The notes: generated by a model not told the origin, from the letters alone. A stretch of 64,000 bases of DNA from Eledone cirrhosa (GCA_964016885.1 OZ024753.1:46562001-46626000), one strand, 5' to 3'. Shown: positions 13,916 through 27,815, numbered from the stretch's first letter. Numbers and translations are program-made.

Positions 13916-14999
13916 TTATTGTTATAGTAGTTTCATGTAAGTTTCAACTACATCATCTCTTCTGTTGTCTCTGAAGTTGTCTGTGTCTTCTTAGTGTTGT
14001 TTAGTTCGGAGGAATATAAACTCCTCTTCTAAGTATACCGTATCTGTTTTGATATTGTGTTCCACTCTGGTCATGCTCTTATCTCCTCCTCAAACACTCC
14101 TATCATTTCCTCTCTCAGCTTGGCTGAGGACCCAATGATTAACCTAGAGTTGGTGCCACAATAAAATGCACCCAGTTCACTCTGTAAAGTAATAGTGCTT
14201 TTGTCACAATTAAATGCACCCAGCCCACTCTGTGAAGTAGTAGTGTTGGTTTCATGATAAAATACTCCCAGTTCATTCTGTAAATTGGAGGTGCTGGTGG
14301 AATGATGAAATGCACCCAGTTCACTCTGTGAAGTAGTAGTGCTTGTGTCACAAATGCACCGAGTGCACTGTGTTGGTGCAAAAATAACATGCTAGACCTC
14401 AATGCTGCATACAATCAAACACATTCACTAGACAAGGCCCAACAACATTCTAGTGTCTTTTTGAACATGGAAGTTGTAAACTTTAGTCCAACTACATCCA
14501 TCATAGTGAAGCCTGTTGCATCCTCAGAGCTGGGAAAGGAATGTTCTGTTGTAATCCAGAAGACACATCCTTGGATACCATATCTCACACAGTACCCTCA
14601 GTTATATTTGTGTGGTTCCTAACAGTAGATAATTGTGTCTGTTATAAGTGTTTATATTTGTGTTTATATTGTCATATTGTCATTCTAAAAGAATTGTGAG
14701 CAATTTGTATTGTTATTTATGTATATATGTTTTAGGCTAAGATTGGAAAATAGTTTCTTTGAGCCAGGTAACTAACTGGTCATTTATATCATATATAAAT
14801 CTTCCTTGCAAGCAGGGAAGAGTGGACGTAAAATGATGATGATATATATATTATTTCTGTATATAACTAATGGGCAGTAGCCCTAAGACAGTGTTTAAAC
14901 ATAATAGAGATGTATATGAAGACATATATAATTGAATATAATATATTTATATACAATTATATATATATATATAACATATTTTTTATTTTATATTTTCAG

Positions 15000-15082
15000 G
15001 TTGCGCATTTTTGACATACTGCAACCGAGAGAGTGCTGTAAAGGCACAGGCTGCACTCCATGAACAGAAGACCCTACCGGGC
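15000..15082 (+). CDS. CELF4: Internal coding exon of a CELF3-6/Bruno-3 subfamily RNA-binding protein (RRM1, RNP1 region); symbol given for the closest human-type name
   Basis: T-rich tract and ttttcag acceptor (AG 14998-14999), gtgagt donor (15083-15088). Translates (G)[27 protein letters not shown], matching the CELF3/4/5/6 RRM1 segment [24 protein letters not shown]. Starts in phase 1, ends in phase 0. Not in the ORF track. Confidence 0.93.
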
Positions 15083-15386
15083 GTGAGTGTCTTGTATTCT
15101 TCATCATTTCTTTAAGGGTGGGGTTGTTGCTTTTAAATGAAATTCTGAAATTCTCTTGATTATATATCAATTGTATCATTGCTAGAGTATTGTCCAAGTA
15201 GTGACCTAATTATACCTACACCTTATCCTCTCACCTTACTCTTCTACACCTATACCCCTGTTTTATATTACTAATAATAATAATGGGGTAATTCATGAAC
15301 ATAAGATCAGAATTTAAGTGTCTCTGTATGAATGGCAAAACCAGACTGTGTGTCTATATAAAACATGTATGTGTATATATATATAT

Positions 15387-15787
15387 ATATATTGTATATA
15401 AAACTATAGATAATGTGGGGTCCATATATTGTGTATAAAATTATATATAGTGTAGGCTCCATATTTTGTGTATAAAACCATATATAATGTGGGCTCAATA
15501 TTTTGTGTATAAAACTATATGTAAAGCGATGTTCCCATCTTCAATGAGTGTCTGAAACTTGGCAATGAGAAACTCTGAGTAACAATTTGTGGGGCATCAT
15601 TTTTATATAACACCATAATTATAGTATTGAGTACATGCTGCCTCTTGCTTTTTATATACAAACATATAGGCACACAAAGATACACACACACACACATATG
15701 CACACACATATACATGCACACATATATAAAACATTTTTGCATGTGTGAAATATATTTGTCAATGTATATAGTTTAATCATGTATGTG

Positions 15788-15821
<34 letters not shown>

Positions 15822-16050
15822 TACATGATTAAACTATGTACATTGACAAATATCTACTCAGAGTTTCTCATTGCCAAGTTTCAGACACTCATTGAAGATG
15901 GGAACATTGCTTTACATATAGCTTTATACACAAAATATTGAGCCCACATTATATATGGTTTTATACACAAAATATGGAGCCTACACTATATATAATTTTA
16001 TACTTAATATATGGACCCCCACATTATCTATAGTTTTATATACAATATAT
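15387..16050. repeat. Large fold-back inverted repeat (~195-bp outer arms plus a nested ~40-bp inner stem)
   Basis: 15387-15581 is a close reverse complement of 15855-16050. About 15753-15795 pairs with about 15812-15853. Confidence 0.92.
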
Positions 16051-16197
16051 GGAGCCCACACTATGTATGGTTTTATGCACAAGACATGGAGCCCACACTA
16101 TGTATGGTTTTATACACAAGACATGGAGCCCACACTATGTATGGTTTTATACACAAGACATGGAGCCCACACTATGTATGGTTTTATACACAAGACA
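16049..16197. repeat. 37-bp minisatellite (atggagcccacactatgtatggttttatacacaagac)x4
   Basis: Direct tandem units, related to degenerate units inside the inverted-repeat arms. Confidence 0.9.
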
Positions 16198-16458
16198 TGT
16201 GTATTGATATTTATCCCACACTGATATATATATATGTTTTGTTTGCAAAATGCCATAACACGTTCACTCTATATGAATATATGTAAATGTGTTTGTGTTA
16301 GTGTGTGTGTCTGTGTGTGAGAAGGGAGAGACTAGATACCAATATATGTATCATCATCATCATCATGTGTAAACAATTTTGTACAGTTCAGCAGAAATAT
16401 GTTAATCAAAATATGATTCTTGTGTGTTTGAAGCAATCAACATGTGTGTGTGTATATA

Positions 16459-16519
<61 letters not shown>

Positions 16520-16520
<1 letters not shown>

Positions 16521-17168
16521 CATCATCATCATCATCATCATCGTTTAACGTCTATCTTCCACGCTAGCATGGGTTTAGACGGGAATTGTCCAACTTGAGG
16601 CAAGATTGGTTGTCTCATTCGTATAGGACTGTCTGGCGGGTTTTCTACGGCTGGATGCCATTCCTAACACCAACCACGTTTACAGTGTGGACTGGGAGGT
16701 TTTTACCGTGTTACCTACACGGCCACATTACAGCGTGGACTGTGTGTTTTTTTTGTCGTGACACCTACACGACCTCATTTATTTAGGACTGGATGTTGTG
16801 GTACCAGCATAACTTTACAGAGGTGGGGGTAGGGGCAGTGGGATGGTGGTGTATTTTTTGTTAAGAGGTGCCTACTGACTGTAGGTTTCACTTTGTACTT
16901 AGGCAAGACGGGTCTTCTGTATTACTGCGTAGCGCCAAAGATCTCGGTCCAGTGACATTGTCTTGGAGAGGTGTAAGTGTGTAAGGTCGGAATTTTTCAA
17001 ATCGTTCCAGGTTTTTCTGGGTCTGCCTACTCCGTTGCTTCCATCAATTTTGATCGCCCTTTATTTTTTTATACAGCTGTCATCTTTCATGCACATAACG
17101 TGACCATACCAACATAGTCTTCTCTCGAGTAAACAGCATCTGATCCCTCTTATTCCTAATTTCTCACT
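16520..17168 (-). mobile_element. 3' fragment of a second RTE-type LINE subfamily
   Basis: Minus strand encodes RRLCWYGHVM and GRPRKTW-like motifs, with a 3' UTR related to the element at 4036-6694 and a (TGA)n tail. Confidence 0.8.
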
Positions 17169-17186
17169 TATATATATATAAGTGAG

Positions 17187-17232
<46 letters not shown>

Positions 17233-17360
17233 TTCTCACAAATGAGACAGTTCTAGTCATGTAGAAGCTCTTCTATATTAAAACATTTATACTCTGCTAT
17301 GTATTGAGTACCTTACTTACTGTGGTTACCTCCGATTCAACCTGGAATAACTTATATATA

Positions 17361-17672
17361 TCATCATCATCATCATTTCATTTTATTTTACGTCCACTTT
17401 TTCCCTGCTTGCAAGGGTGGGACGGGAACTGATTCTGGCTTGATTTCTACAGCTGGATGCCCTTCCTAACACCAACCTCATTTACAGTGAGTGCTGAGTG
17501 CTTTTTTGCCGTGGCACCTCCACGACCACTTTGCAGTGGAATGATATGGACCCCAGTCCCTATCATCTCATTTCTACAGCTGAGTAAACTGGAGCAATGT
17601 GAAATAAAGTGTTTTGCTCAAGGAAACAACACATCACTCGGTCTGAGAATTGAACTCACAACCTTTCGATTG
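17361..17672 (-). mobile_element. SINE family A copy (head truncated; RTE-derived tail)
   Basis: Reverse complement of the elements at 50405 and 57417. Confidence 0.88.
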
Positions 17673-17711
17673 ACAGTTGAAAATTGCAAACTTGACTGTC
17701 ACCACTGAATG

Positions 17712-17750
17712 TGAACCTGAAGATTGCGAAAGCATGAAAGTACTTGTTCA
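17712..17750 (+). ncRNA. Minimal type-I hammerhead ribozyme (Penelope-like element type)
   Basis: UGAAC-CUGAAGA-U-UGC-GAAA-GCA-U-GAAA-GUAC-UU-GUUCA: 5-bp stem I, canonical core, GNRA-capped stem II, palindromic AAGUACUU stem III. Confidence 0.72.
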
Positions 17751-17910
17751 ATTAACATTTAACATTCTACCATACTATTTCATTATAATATCATTATAAC
17801 TTTAAAGGATTGTAAATAAAACGAGTAAATCAGACAAAGTTGGAATTCCTTTTATTAATATAATCTTCTATACACAATCATACACACCCGTGTATATTTA
17901 TTTATATATA

Positions 17911-18025
<115 letters not shown>

Positions 18026-18261
18026 TGGTAAAAACCCAGGAGGTTATATCCATAGTATATTAGTATGTAGAGCACTCAGTCCAAAGGACGGGTTTGGTAT
18101 AGAGTTAATTCCACAACAAATTAGCAAACCATACTTGAGGATACACGTTTCACCAAACAGATTTTCAACCTGTGTACACATACACACAAATACACAGACA
18201 CACATATATTATACATTCAGACACACTTTGTCAATTCTTCTTCCATTCCAACTCAGTTCTC

Positions 18262-18308
<47 letters not shown>

Positions 18309-18397
18309 CATCTGAGTCCCTGCATTAAAATAGTGATAGCAATTTCACAGCATTCCATCTTGTTTCCGATTTTACTTTTTCCTGTCTTTTTGCCTAC

Positions 18398-18433
<36 letters not shown>

Positions 18434-19683
18434 CACACACATACATATACATATATGCACGCACACACACATATACACACACACACACATATATATATAG
18501 TGTATGTGTACAAAGAAGGCAATGCTAGGCAAAATTTATAAATCTGATTGATAGGTATTGATGTTTGGTTATTGATTATTTGAGATAAACTAATAGCTAA
18601 ATATCTTGCTAAATAAGTTGGTGGCCATGAACATGTATATTTGTATATATATATGTATGTATATGTGTATGTATTTAAGTTTGTGTATGTATTTAAGTAT
18701 ATGTAGTATTTAAGTATGTGTATGTGTGTGTTTAACTATGTGTGTGTTTAAGTATGTGTATGTATTTAAGTATATATATGTTTTAACTATGTGTATGTGT
18801 GTTTATGTAGATATATCTATAGCAGAAAGCATTTTAGGGGTGCTAAAGCTGGGTTGACTTTCCAGGCCCCATAACAAACCTCTTCAAAAGGATGCAATGC
18901 AAGGTTGATCTTGGTGAAAGTTGAACTCAGAATATTGAAAGTTAGGACAGATGCTGCCAAGTATTTAACTCTTAACATCTTGTAATGATTCAACAGAAAT
19001 CTAAAAGCTCATCTGTTTCTCTCTATAGTGTCTATCTTTATAAACGTTTATATTATTGTTTTGAAAAGTTGCAGGAAATTAAAATAAAGGCTTTAATTTT
19101 TAATATGATGCAGTCATATTGGTGTTTACGACAATGTCTTGCTAATGTGTTTTCATGTGATTTGTTAATTCAAATCTTTATAGTATCTATACTAGGGGAT
19201 AAGTGATTGTGAAAATTTGTAGTATTAAAGTAAAAACTTTAACTATTAATGTGATGCAGTCATACTGCCTTTTTGTTTTGCTAATGTGGTTTTGTGTGGT
19301 CTAGGATATTAAGAATTAATCCAATTCCCTAACAACTCTAACAATTCACAGTCTCTTTCAATAGTCTTGGATTGAATGATGTAACATCTAAGTGCTGCTT
19401 GCTGCATTATTCAAATACAACCAATTTCTTATGAGTGCATCAGGTTGTAATTGTGTTTAAAAGAAACAGTGCCAAGGATGTCATTAACTGCAAATTATTG
19501 CAGCTAGTTGCACCTGGCATCAATGAAAAAAACAAAAACAAACATGAAATTCTTTAAATGAGAATTACACAGAAAACATTTCTTTGGCTGCAACTCAAAG
19601 AAATCAGTTTGTTCTTGAATATGTTATTGCTCAAAACCTTTATTTCTTCAACATGTTTTGCTTGTTGTTGTTGTTGTTGTTGT

Positions 19684-19817
19684 TCTTCTTCTTCTTCTTC
19701 TTCTTCTTCTTCTTCTTCTTCTTCTTCTTCTTCTTCTTCTTCTTCTTCTTCTTCTTCTTCTTCTTCTTCTTCTTCTTCTTCTTCTTCTTCTTCTTCTTCT
19801 TCTTCTTCTTCTTCTTC
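19684..19817. repeat. (TTC)n microsatellite
   Basis: Pure trinucleotide run; it explains the poly-E/S/F/L ORFs. Confidence 0.97.
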
Positions 19818-20309
19818 TGTCTTCACATGTTGTTACACATCACATGTTATACGTTACATGTTGCCATATGTTACATATCATGCTATATGCTGTTACATGT
19901 CATGTTGTTACACATCACATGTTATATGTTACACATTGTTAGTATTACATGTTACTACATGTTGTCATTTGTTACATATCATGCCACATGATGTTCCATA
20001 TCAGATGTTATACCGTGTGCCATATTGTATTTCTACAATGTATGGGTCCAGGGTGATAGTATAGAGGATGGTTTCATTGACCAGTATGCATCTAAAACAA
20101 ATCTGCTGTAGAGCTTGTCCCCTCTGAAGCCCTGCCATGGCAATGATTTATGAAAATTGTCCCTAATAACCAGCCTGGAATTTCTCCTAAAAAACCGGTT
20201 CAAACTATCCTAATCAATGTCTAAAAGCCATTCCCAGACTATCATTCCTCTTACCTTCCATTAAATCTCTCTAGAACATACGCGATGTTTGTTTGCCTAT
20301 CATCTAGTT

Positions 20310-20460
20310 CAGCCGAAATAATAATAACAATGGTTTCTGAGTTAGACACAAGGACAGTAATTTGGGGGGATGGGAAAGTGGATAAAATTTCCCCAGTACA
20401 CCACTGGTATTTTATCCCATTGACCCCATAAGGATGAAAGGCAAAGCTAAGCTTGGCAGG
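20310..20460 (-). mobile_element. SINE family B fragment
   Basis: ctggtattttatcccattgaccccataaggatgaaaggcaaag matches the family core. Confidence 0.7.
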
Positions 20461-20669
20461 ATAAATAATAAACATTATCACCATCATTTCTATACTGTTA
20501 TATATATATATATACACACATATATATATATATATATATACACAGGTTTTTCAATCTTTCCACATCCTGTTTACTTTTTATTCATTTTACTTACGTTCAA
20601 CTAAACTCTCTCTCTCTCGAATTTCATCTCTCTCCACCTCCCTCATATATATATATTTATATATATATA

Positions 20670-20719
<50 letters not shown>

Positions 20720-21818
20720 TGAAGGAGACAGAGAGAGATGGATAGAGATGTATATTTATGAGAGAGAGAGAGGTGTGAGAGACAGAGACAGTTGTATGTT
20801 TGTGAGAGAGAGGGGTGTGTGACAGAGACAGTTGTATGTTCCTTTAATTCCATAGATGTGAGGTGAGCTTAAGAAATATTACAGCAGGATTAGATTTTAA
20901 CTTCATCCAAAATTAAAATTTGCATCATCATCAGCATTATCACCATAATAGACACCATCATCATCATAGACATCATCATCATCATCATCATTATTTTCCT
21001 AAGTATACTTGTTATTGCAGCTAATAAAAATGCCAACTTCACCTACCCTACCATTTCTTACCCAGAAGAGTTTATATCTATATTATTTGCCTGCAAGGAG
21101 TCTAGCTGATGCTCCACTCCATCTTTATGTGGTGGAGGACAATATGAGTGACTTGTTTAAGGTGCCTCTCAATGTAATCCAGCATGAAACTATGAGGTTG
21201 TAGAGACCAACATCTTAACCACACTGCCATAAACAACTCCTAGCTGTAAACCAAGAAAATAGTAAAAAAAAAAAATTAAAAAAAATCCAAGTAAATGAAT
21301 ATTTAAGATGGCTGCTAGCTATAGACAGGATGTCACTGAATGAAAATTCTGATATTTAAAGAATTTTTACCATAATATTTATAATTATTTGTTTACTTAT
21401 TGTTTTTTCTTTTTTTTTCTAGTTTAAAATTTGTATTTTTTTTTCAAGTGGGTGGATGTGTTTATAATGCTAAGTAAATAAATATATACATAGATAGGTA
21501 GATAGATTGGGAGATAGATACATAGATACTTAGGTAGGTAAAATAGAGATAGCTAGATAGATATATAGGTATATTAGGTAGGAAGAAGATAGATAGAGAA
21601 TATGGGATGTTTATATCATCATCATCATCATTGTCTACTTTTCCTGCTAGCAAGTGCCGGACTATTCTTCACATTGCAATATAAGCATTGCTTCCATGAT
21701 TAAGTTCCGATTTTTCATCAGATCTTTATATAAGACAAGTACAGTACTCTCAAAAACTCACAAAACATTTACAAAACTGAGCAATTGTTGCATTGTACTA
21801 CACCACATACCACAAAAC

Positions 21819-21894
<76 letters not shown>

Positions 21895-22572
21895 GGGGTG
21901 AGCCACACAACCAAACTCCGGGAGAACCTGAGGTATTATAAGAGATCTGTGTGTTGTTTTGGTGAAATTTGAAACAAAAGGAAGAATGATCATATATAGA
22001 TATTAATCAATAGAATGTGTTAATTGAATGAAATAATAGAATATAGTTTTAGAAAGGTGGAAATATGTGAGAGGAAGAGAGAGTAGTAATGTGTAAGGGG
22101 GGAGGAGAGAGAGAAGAAGAGTAACGGAGAGAGTAGAGTGGGAAGAGTTATAGAGGAGCAGAGGAGGAGGAAGAGTGGGTGGGAACAGAAAAAAATGAGA
22201 GAAAAGAAGAGAAAGGGGATGAGCAAGAGAGATAAAGAGAGAGAGATAGAAAGTGAGAAAGAAATAGTAAGAGAGACATGCAAAGGAAGATAAGAGAGAG
22301 AGAGTGAGAGAGAAGGTAGGAGAACAAGTGGGTAGGAATAAAAAGCAAAAATCAAATATGAAAATCTAGATTGAGAAAAACTGAATTAAGAAAATTCTAG
22401 AAAATGTTTTGTTTTTGTTTTATTAATTAATTACTTATTTATTTTTGATTTGTAAATTTTATATTTTTTTTGTTGTCGACATTGATTTTTATTTCATTAT
22501 TTTATACTTGTTTCAGTTATTTTAAAAAATATATTTTCAGTACAAAAAAAATACATACATATATATATATAT

Positions 22573-22853
22573 GTCCCCACACCTTCCCACTGCAAAGTGG
22601 TCGTGGAGGTACCACGGCAAAAAAACACCCAGCCCACACCATAAAGTGGACATGTAGGTGCCACGGAAAAAGCACCCGGCACTCACTGTAAATGAGGTTG
22701 GTGTTAGGAAGGGCATCCAGCTGTAGATATCAAGCCAGAATCAGTTCCCGTATGAGCAAGGCATGGTCAGCCAACCGGCTACTGCCCACAACAGGACAAC
22801 CCGTCTAACCCATGCTAGCGTGAAAGAACGGACGTAAAACGGTGATGATGATG
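22573..22853 (+). mobile_element. RTE LINE 3'-UTR fragment
   Basis: Near-identical to about 6432-6694; ends in (TGA)n. Confidence 0.88.
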
Positions 22854-23386
22854 AGATATATATATATACATACATATATACCTACATACATAAATACCTA
22901 CATATACACACATACATACTAACATACATATATATATATACATACACACATATATATATACATATATATTCATACATGCAAACATACAATCATACATACT
23001 TATGTGTATATATAGAGAGAGAATGTAAACTAATTTAAACCAAACCCAAGCCATCCACAGATCATTATCCTACAGTCAACCCTACCCATTACATCAAACC
23101 ACACCTAAATTTAAGTATGTCCTTCAATATCCTACCCCACAACATTTACCCTGCTCTAATTACAGGTATTGGGATCACTGTGTTACTTGGTTTCTATGGC
23201 ATGGGCTGGACAGGTGGTCGTGAATGAAGTCGGGGATTAACCATTGTTACTGTCCTTTGTTTGATGATAACTGAGGAGCCAGAGAGGGTCCACATCTTGA
23301 TCATCTTATTTCAGTTCTCACATGGTTCCTTCAGCTGGTTATTTATATATAACTTGCTAGCAGGGAGAACGGACATCATGATGATG

Positions 23387-23455
<69 letters not shown>

Positions 23456-23457
23456 TG

Positions 23458-23494
<37 letters not shown>

Positions 23495-24179
23495 CTTGCT
23501 AGCAGGGAGATCGGACATCATGGTGATGATATATGTATGTGTATGTGTGTATGTATATATATATATATATATAACTTGCTAGCAGGGAGAACGGACATCA
23601 TGGTGATGATATATGTATGTGTATATATATATATAAGCAATTTATCTGCCCACTAATTATAACCACATGGTGGTGTGAAGATAGTTTGCTCCAGAACCAG
23701 AAATTTATAGAAACATTTTTTTGTCTGTCTAGAGAAAGATTGTGTTGAGTTCCTGTAAATGTTCCTCTGTTGACTTTCTATCTATTATCTGTTAGGATCA
23801 AATGTCTGTTCTGCCTCCTCCTTCTTCTCTACTCTTCCCCCATACACACAGCTCACCCATCACATCACACCCTTCACACAGCCATCACATCACTCACCCA
23901 TCACATCACTCACCCATCACATCACTCACCCATCACATCACTCACTCATCACATCACTCACCCAACACATCACTCACCCATCACATCACTCACCCATCAC
24001 ATCACTCACCCATCACATCACTCACCCATCACATCACACACCCATCACATCACTCACCCATCACATCACACACCCAGCACATTTCAGTTTCTATGTCTAT
24101 ACATAATCAATATTTAAGAATATATTTTAATAATAATAATATAAATAATAATAATAATGATAGTAATAATAATAATACT

Positions 24180-24345
24180 GAAATTATTGTTTACAGTGCT
24201 CAAGTGCACTACAACTCATCAAAGGTGTATGTATAGTACATAGAATAATGTACAAATGTCAGGAAAATGAACAGCGTATGAGTCATGAAATACATGTGTG
24301 CGCGTGTATCGAGGGGGGACATCAGGTGTAGCATTGGCGAATCTC
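24180..24345 (-). mobile_element. CR1-like LINE 3'-end fragment
   Basis: Homologous to about 61755-61922. Confidence 0.7.
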
Positions 24346-24350
24346 ATGTA

Positions 24351-24399
<49 letters not shown>

Positions 24400-24869
24400 A
24401 GGGAGACAATAAAATATACTCAGCCCTCTCTGTAAAGTGGTTGGGATTAGGAAAGGCATCCAGCCATCGAAATCATCCCAAAATGTAACTTATGAGCAAG
24501 TCTCAGTGTGTGACAACCCATCCAACCCACAATGATTGTGATGCATGTGTCTGTGTGTCTGTGAGTGATTGTGTATACACATATATATGTAACAAAGCAT
24601 TTTCCTACGTTTATGTAAATATGTGTTTTGTGTGTGTATGTGAGCATACGTGCGTGTGCATGCGAGTGTGTGTGAGTGTGTTTGCAGGCATGCCTGTTAC
24701 CATGAACAAATGCCACTCTGACTTCGTGTCACATGACAACACAGCTTGTCGGCTGTCAAGGAATATTCTTGTGTTGTTTAATTTATCTCTTATGAGTTGT
24801 TGTTGCAAGTCCAAGGGACATAACTCAAAGCCACTAACAGCATCTCTGTTTATATCTCTCTCTCCCTCC

Positions 24870-24932
<63 letters not shown>

Positions 24933-25309
24933 CATATTGCAGTTCTCACTTTTTGAAGATCTCCTTAATTTTTTGTTGTTGTTATTATTAAACTCCGACA
25001 TAAATATAATTTATTATATTCATTATACTTATCATTTATCATTCAATATTTTTATTATTATTATTACTATTATTATTATTATTATTATTGTGACTGCATT
25101 ACCGAGCACAGCTGTGTACACCTTGGGTATGTGCAGGGTAGTATTTTGGTGGTATTGTTTCTATTATTGACAGTACTCTTCATAATATGTAGTGCCTAGC
25201 AGTCATATTTTATACGCTCTTTATATTTGGGGTTTTTCTATGCATTTTTTTGGTGCATTTTTGTTGTTTTATAGGCATTGTTCCCATTTTTTATTATTAT
25301 TGAGGAAAA

Positions 25310-25662
25310 TTTTGCCTTTCATCCTTCCAGGGTCGATAAAATGAAGTACCAGTCAAATATTGGGGAGGATTTAATCAACTTTTCCCTCTCACTCAAATTT
25401 CTGGCCTTGTGGCTTATATTAGAAACTGTTATTATTATTATTATTTTTACAGCATAGTTACGTCCCTTTATGTTCTGCGTTCAAATCCCGCCAAGGTTAA
25501 CTTTGCCTTTCATCCTTATGGGGTCGATAAAATAAAGTACCAGTAATGTACTGGGATAATTACTGGCCTTGTGCCAAAAGTAGAAACAATTATTATTATT
25601 ATCATTATTAAAGATATATAAATAAAGAAATCAAAGATATCCTTATTACTCTTTTGATGATG

Positions 25663-25715
<53 letters not shown>

Positions 25716-25825
25716 TGTTTCCACTTTAGGCACAAGGCCAGCAATTACCCAGTGCATTACTGGTACTTTATTTTATCGACCCTGTAAGGATGAAAGGCAA
25801 AGTCAACCTCGGCGGGATTTGAAAT
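25310..25825. mobile_element. Cluster of three SINE family B copies (two +, one -)
   Basis: Core gcctttcatcc...gggtcgataaaataaagtaccag at about 25314 (+), 25504 (+) and 25760-25800 (-). Confidence 0.85.
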
Positions 25826-26079
25826 AATAATTTTAATAGAAATAAAGGAGACATCCCTTGGTACACATATATATATATATATTGTGTGTGTTACATGTTT
25901 GTGTATGTGTATCATGAGTGTATATATATGTGTGTGTGTAAGTGTAAGTGTGTGTAAGTGTGTGTGTGTGTGGAAAGCTTTAGTGAAACCTCATGTTTCC
26001 CTTTTTCTATCTTATTAAATTATCTCTAATAAACAAATTTATGAAGAATTGAATAGACACTAACACTTTTACTCCTCAC

Positions 26080-26600
26080 CACCAATACCACTACTAATAC
26101 CACCACAACTACCACCAACTACTACCTCCAATACCACCACAACTACTACCTTCAATACCACCACAACTACCACCAACACTCCCACCAATACCACCACAAC
26201 TACCACCAACACTCCCACCACAACTACCACCAACTACTACCTCCAATACCACCACAACTACCACCAACTACTACCTCCAATACCACCACAACTACCACCA
26301 ACTACTACCTGCAATACCACCACAAATACCACCAACTACTACCTCCAATACCACCACAACTACCACCAACACTCCCACCAATACCACCACAACTACTACC
26401 TCCAATACCACCACAACTACCACCAACTACTACCTCCAATACCATCACAACTACTACCTCCAATACCACCACAACTACCACCAACTACTACCTCCAATAC
26501 CATCACAAGCATCACCACAACCACCAATACCATGACAAGCATCACCACCACCATCACCACTACCACCAATACCATCACAACCACCACCATCACCACTATC
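26080..26600. repeat. CAC/ACT-rich minisatellite (ccaataccaccacaactacc-type)
   Basis: Tandem degenerate units. Confidence 0.9.
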
Positions 26601-26714
26601 ATTATTGTTTCTCCACCCCACCACCATCTTCAAGTGGCACTGGTGGTGGGGTGGTATATTAAATTAACATGTTTCACTGACTCCATCTCTCTCTCTATAT
26701 GTGTCTATATATAT

Positions 26715-26793
<79 letters not shown>

Positions 26794-27340
26794 ATGTTTG
26801 TCCTATCCCTATGTCCGTATATGTATCTATATGTGTATATTTGTGTCCTAACTCTGTATATGTATGTATATATGTATGTGTATGTCGTATCTCTATATCT
26901 GTATATATATGCATGTATGTATGTCCTATCTCGGTATATGTATTTATATGTGTATATTTGTGTCCTAACGCACTCATATATACACTCATACATATACACA
27001 CACACTCATACATATACACACACTCATACATATACACACACTCATACATATACACACACTCATACATATGCACACACTCATACATATATATACACACAAT
27101 CATGCATACACATAAAATAATAATTTTAAAAGAAAACATAAAACTGAAAGAATAATAAATAAAAATTAATAACAAAACAATTTTTAAATAAAAAATAAAC
27201 AAAAATATATAAATATAATAAATAAATAAATAATAGTTTTCAATAAAAATTTAACAAAAAAAGGAAATATATAAATATATATAAACAAAAGTATAAATAA
27301 AATGTCTTAATAATTATTCAATGAATTATCATTGATATTT

Positions 27341-27355
27341 TACTACTGCTGCTGT

Positions 27356-27387
<32 letters not shown>

Positions 27388-27815
27388 ATACTACTACTGC
27401 TGTTACTACTGCTGCTACTACTACTGCTGTTACTACTCCTGCTACTACTACTGCTGCTGTTACTACTACTACTGCTGTTACTACTACTACTGCTGTTACT
27501 ACTGCTGCTGTTACTACTACTGCTGCTGTTACCACTACTACTGCTGCTGTTACTACTACTGCTGCTACTACTGCTGTTGTTACTACTACTACTGCTGTTA
27601 CTACTGCTGCTGTTACTACTACTGCTACTACTACTGCTGCTCCTACTACTACTACTACTGCTGCTGTTACTACTACTGCTGTTACTACTGCTGCTGTTAC
27701 TACTACTCCTGTTACTACTGCTGCTGTTACTACTACTACTGCTACTACTACTACTGCTGTTACTACTGCTGCTGTTACTACTACTGCTGCTACTACTACT
27801 ACTACTACTGCTGCT
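27341..27815. repeat. Compound (CTA/CTG/TTA)n trinucleotide array
   Basis: Read directly. Confidence 0.95.

Noticed and set aside
19554-20064. Poly-E/S/F/L ORFs
   Set aside because: (TTC)n microsatellite.
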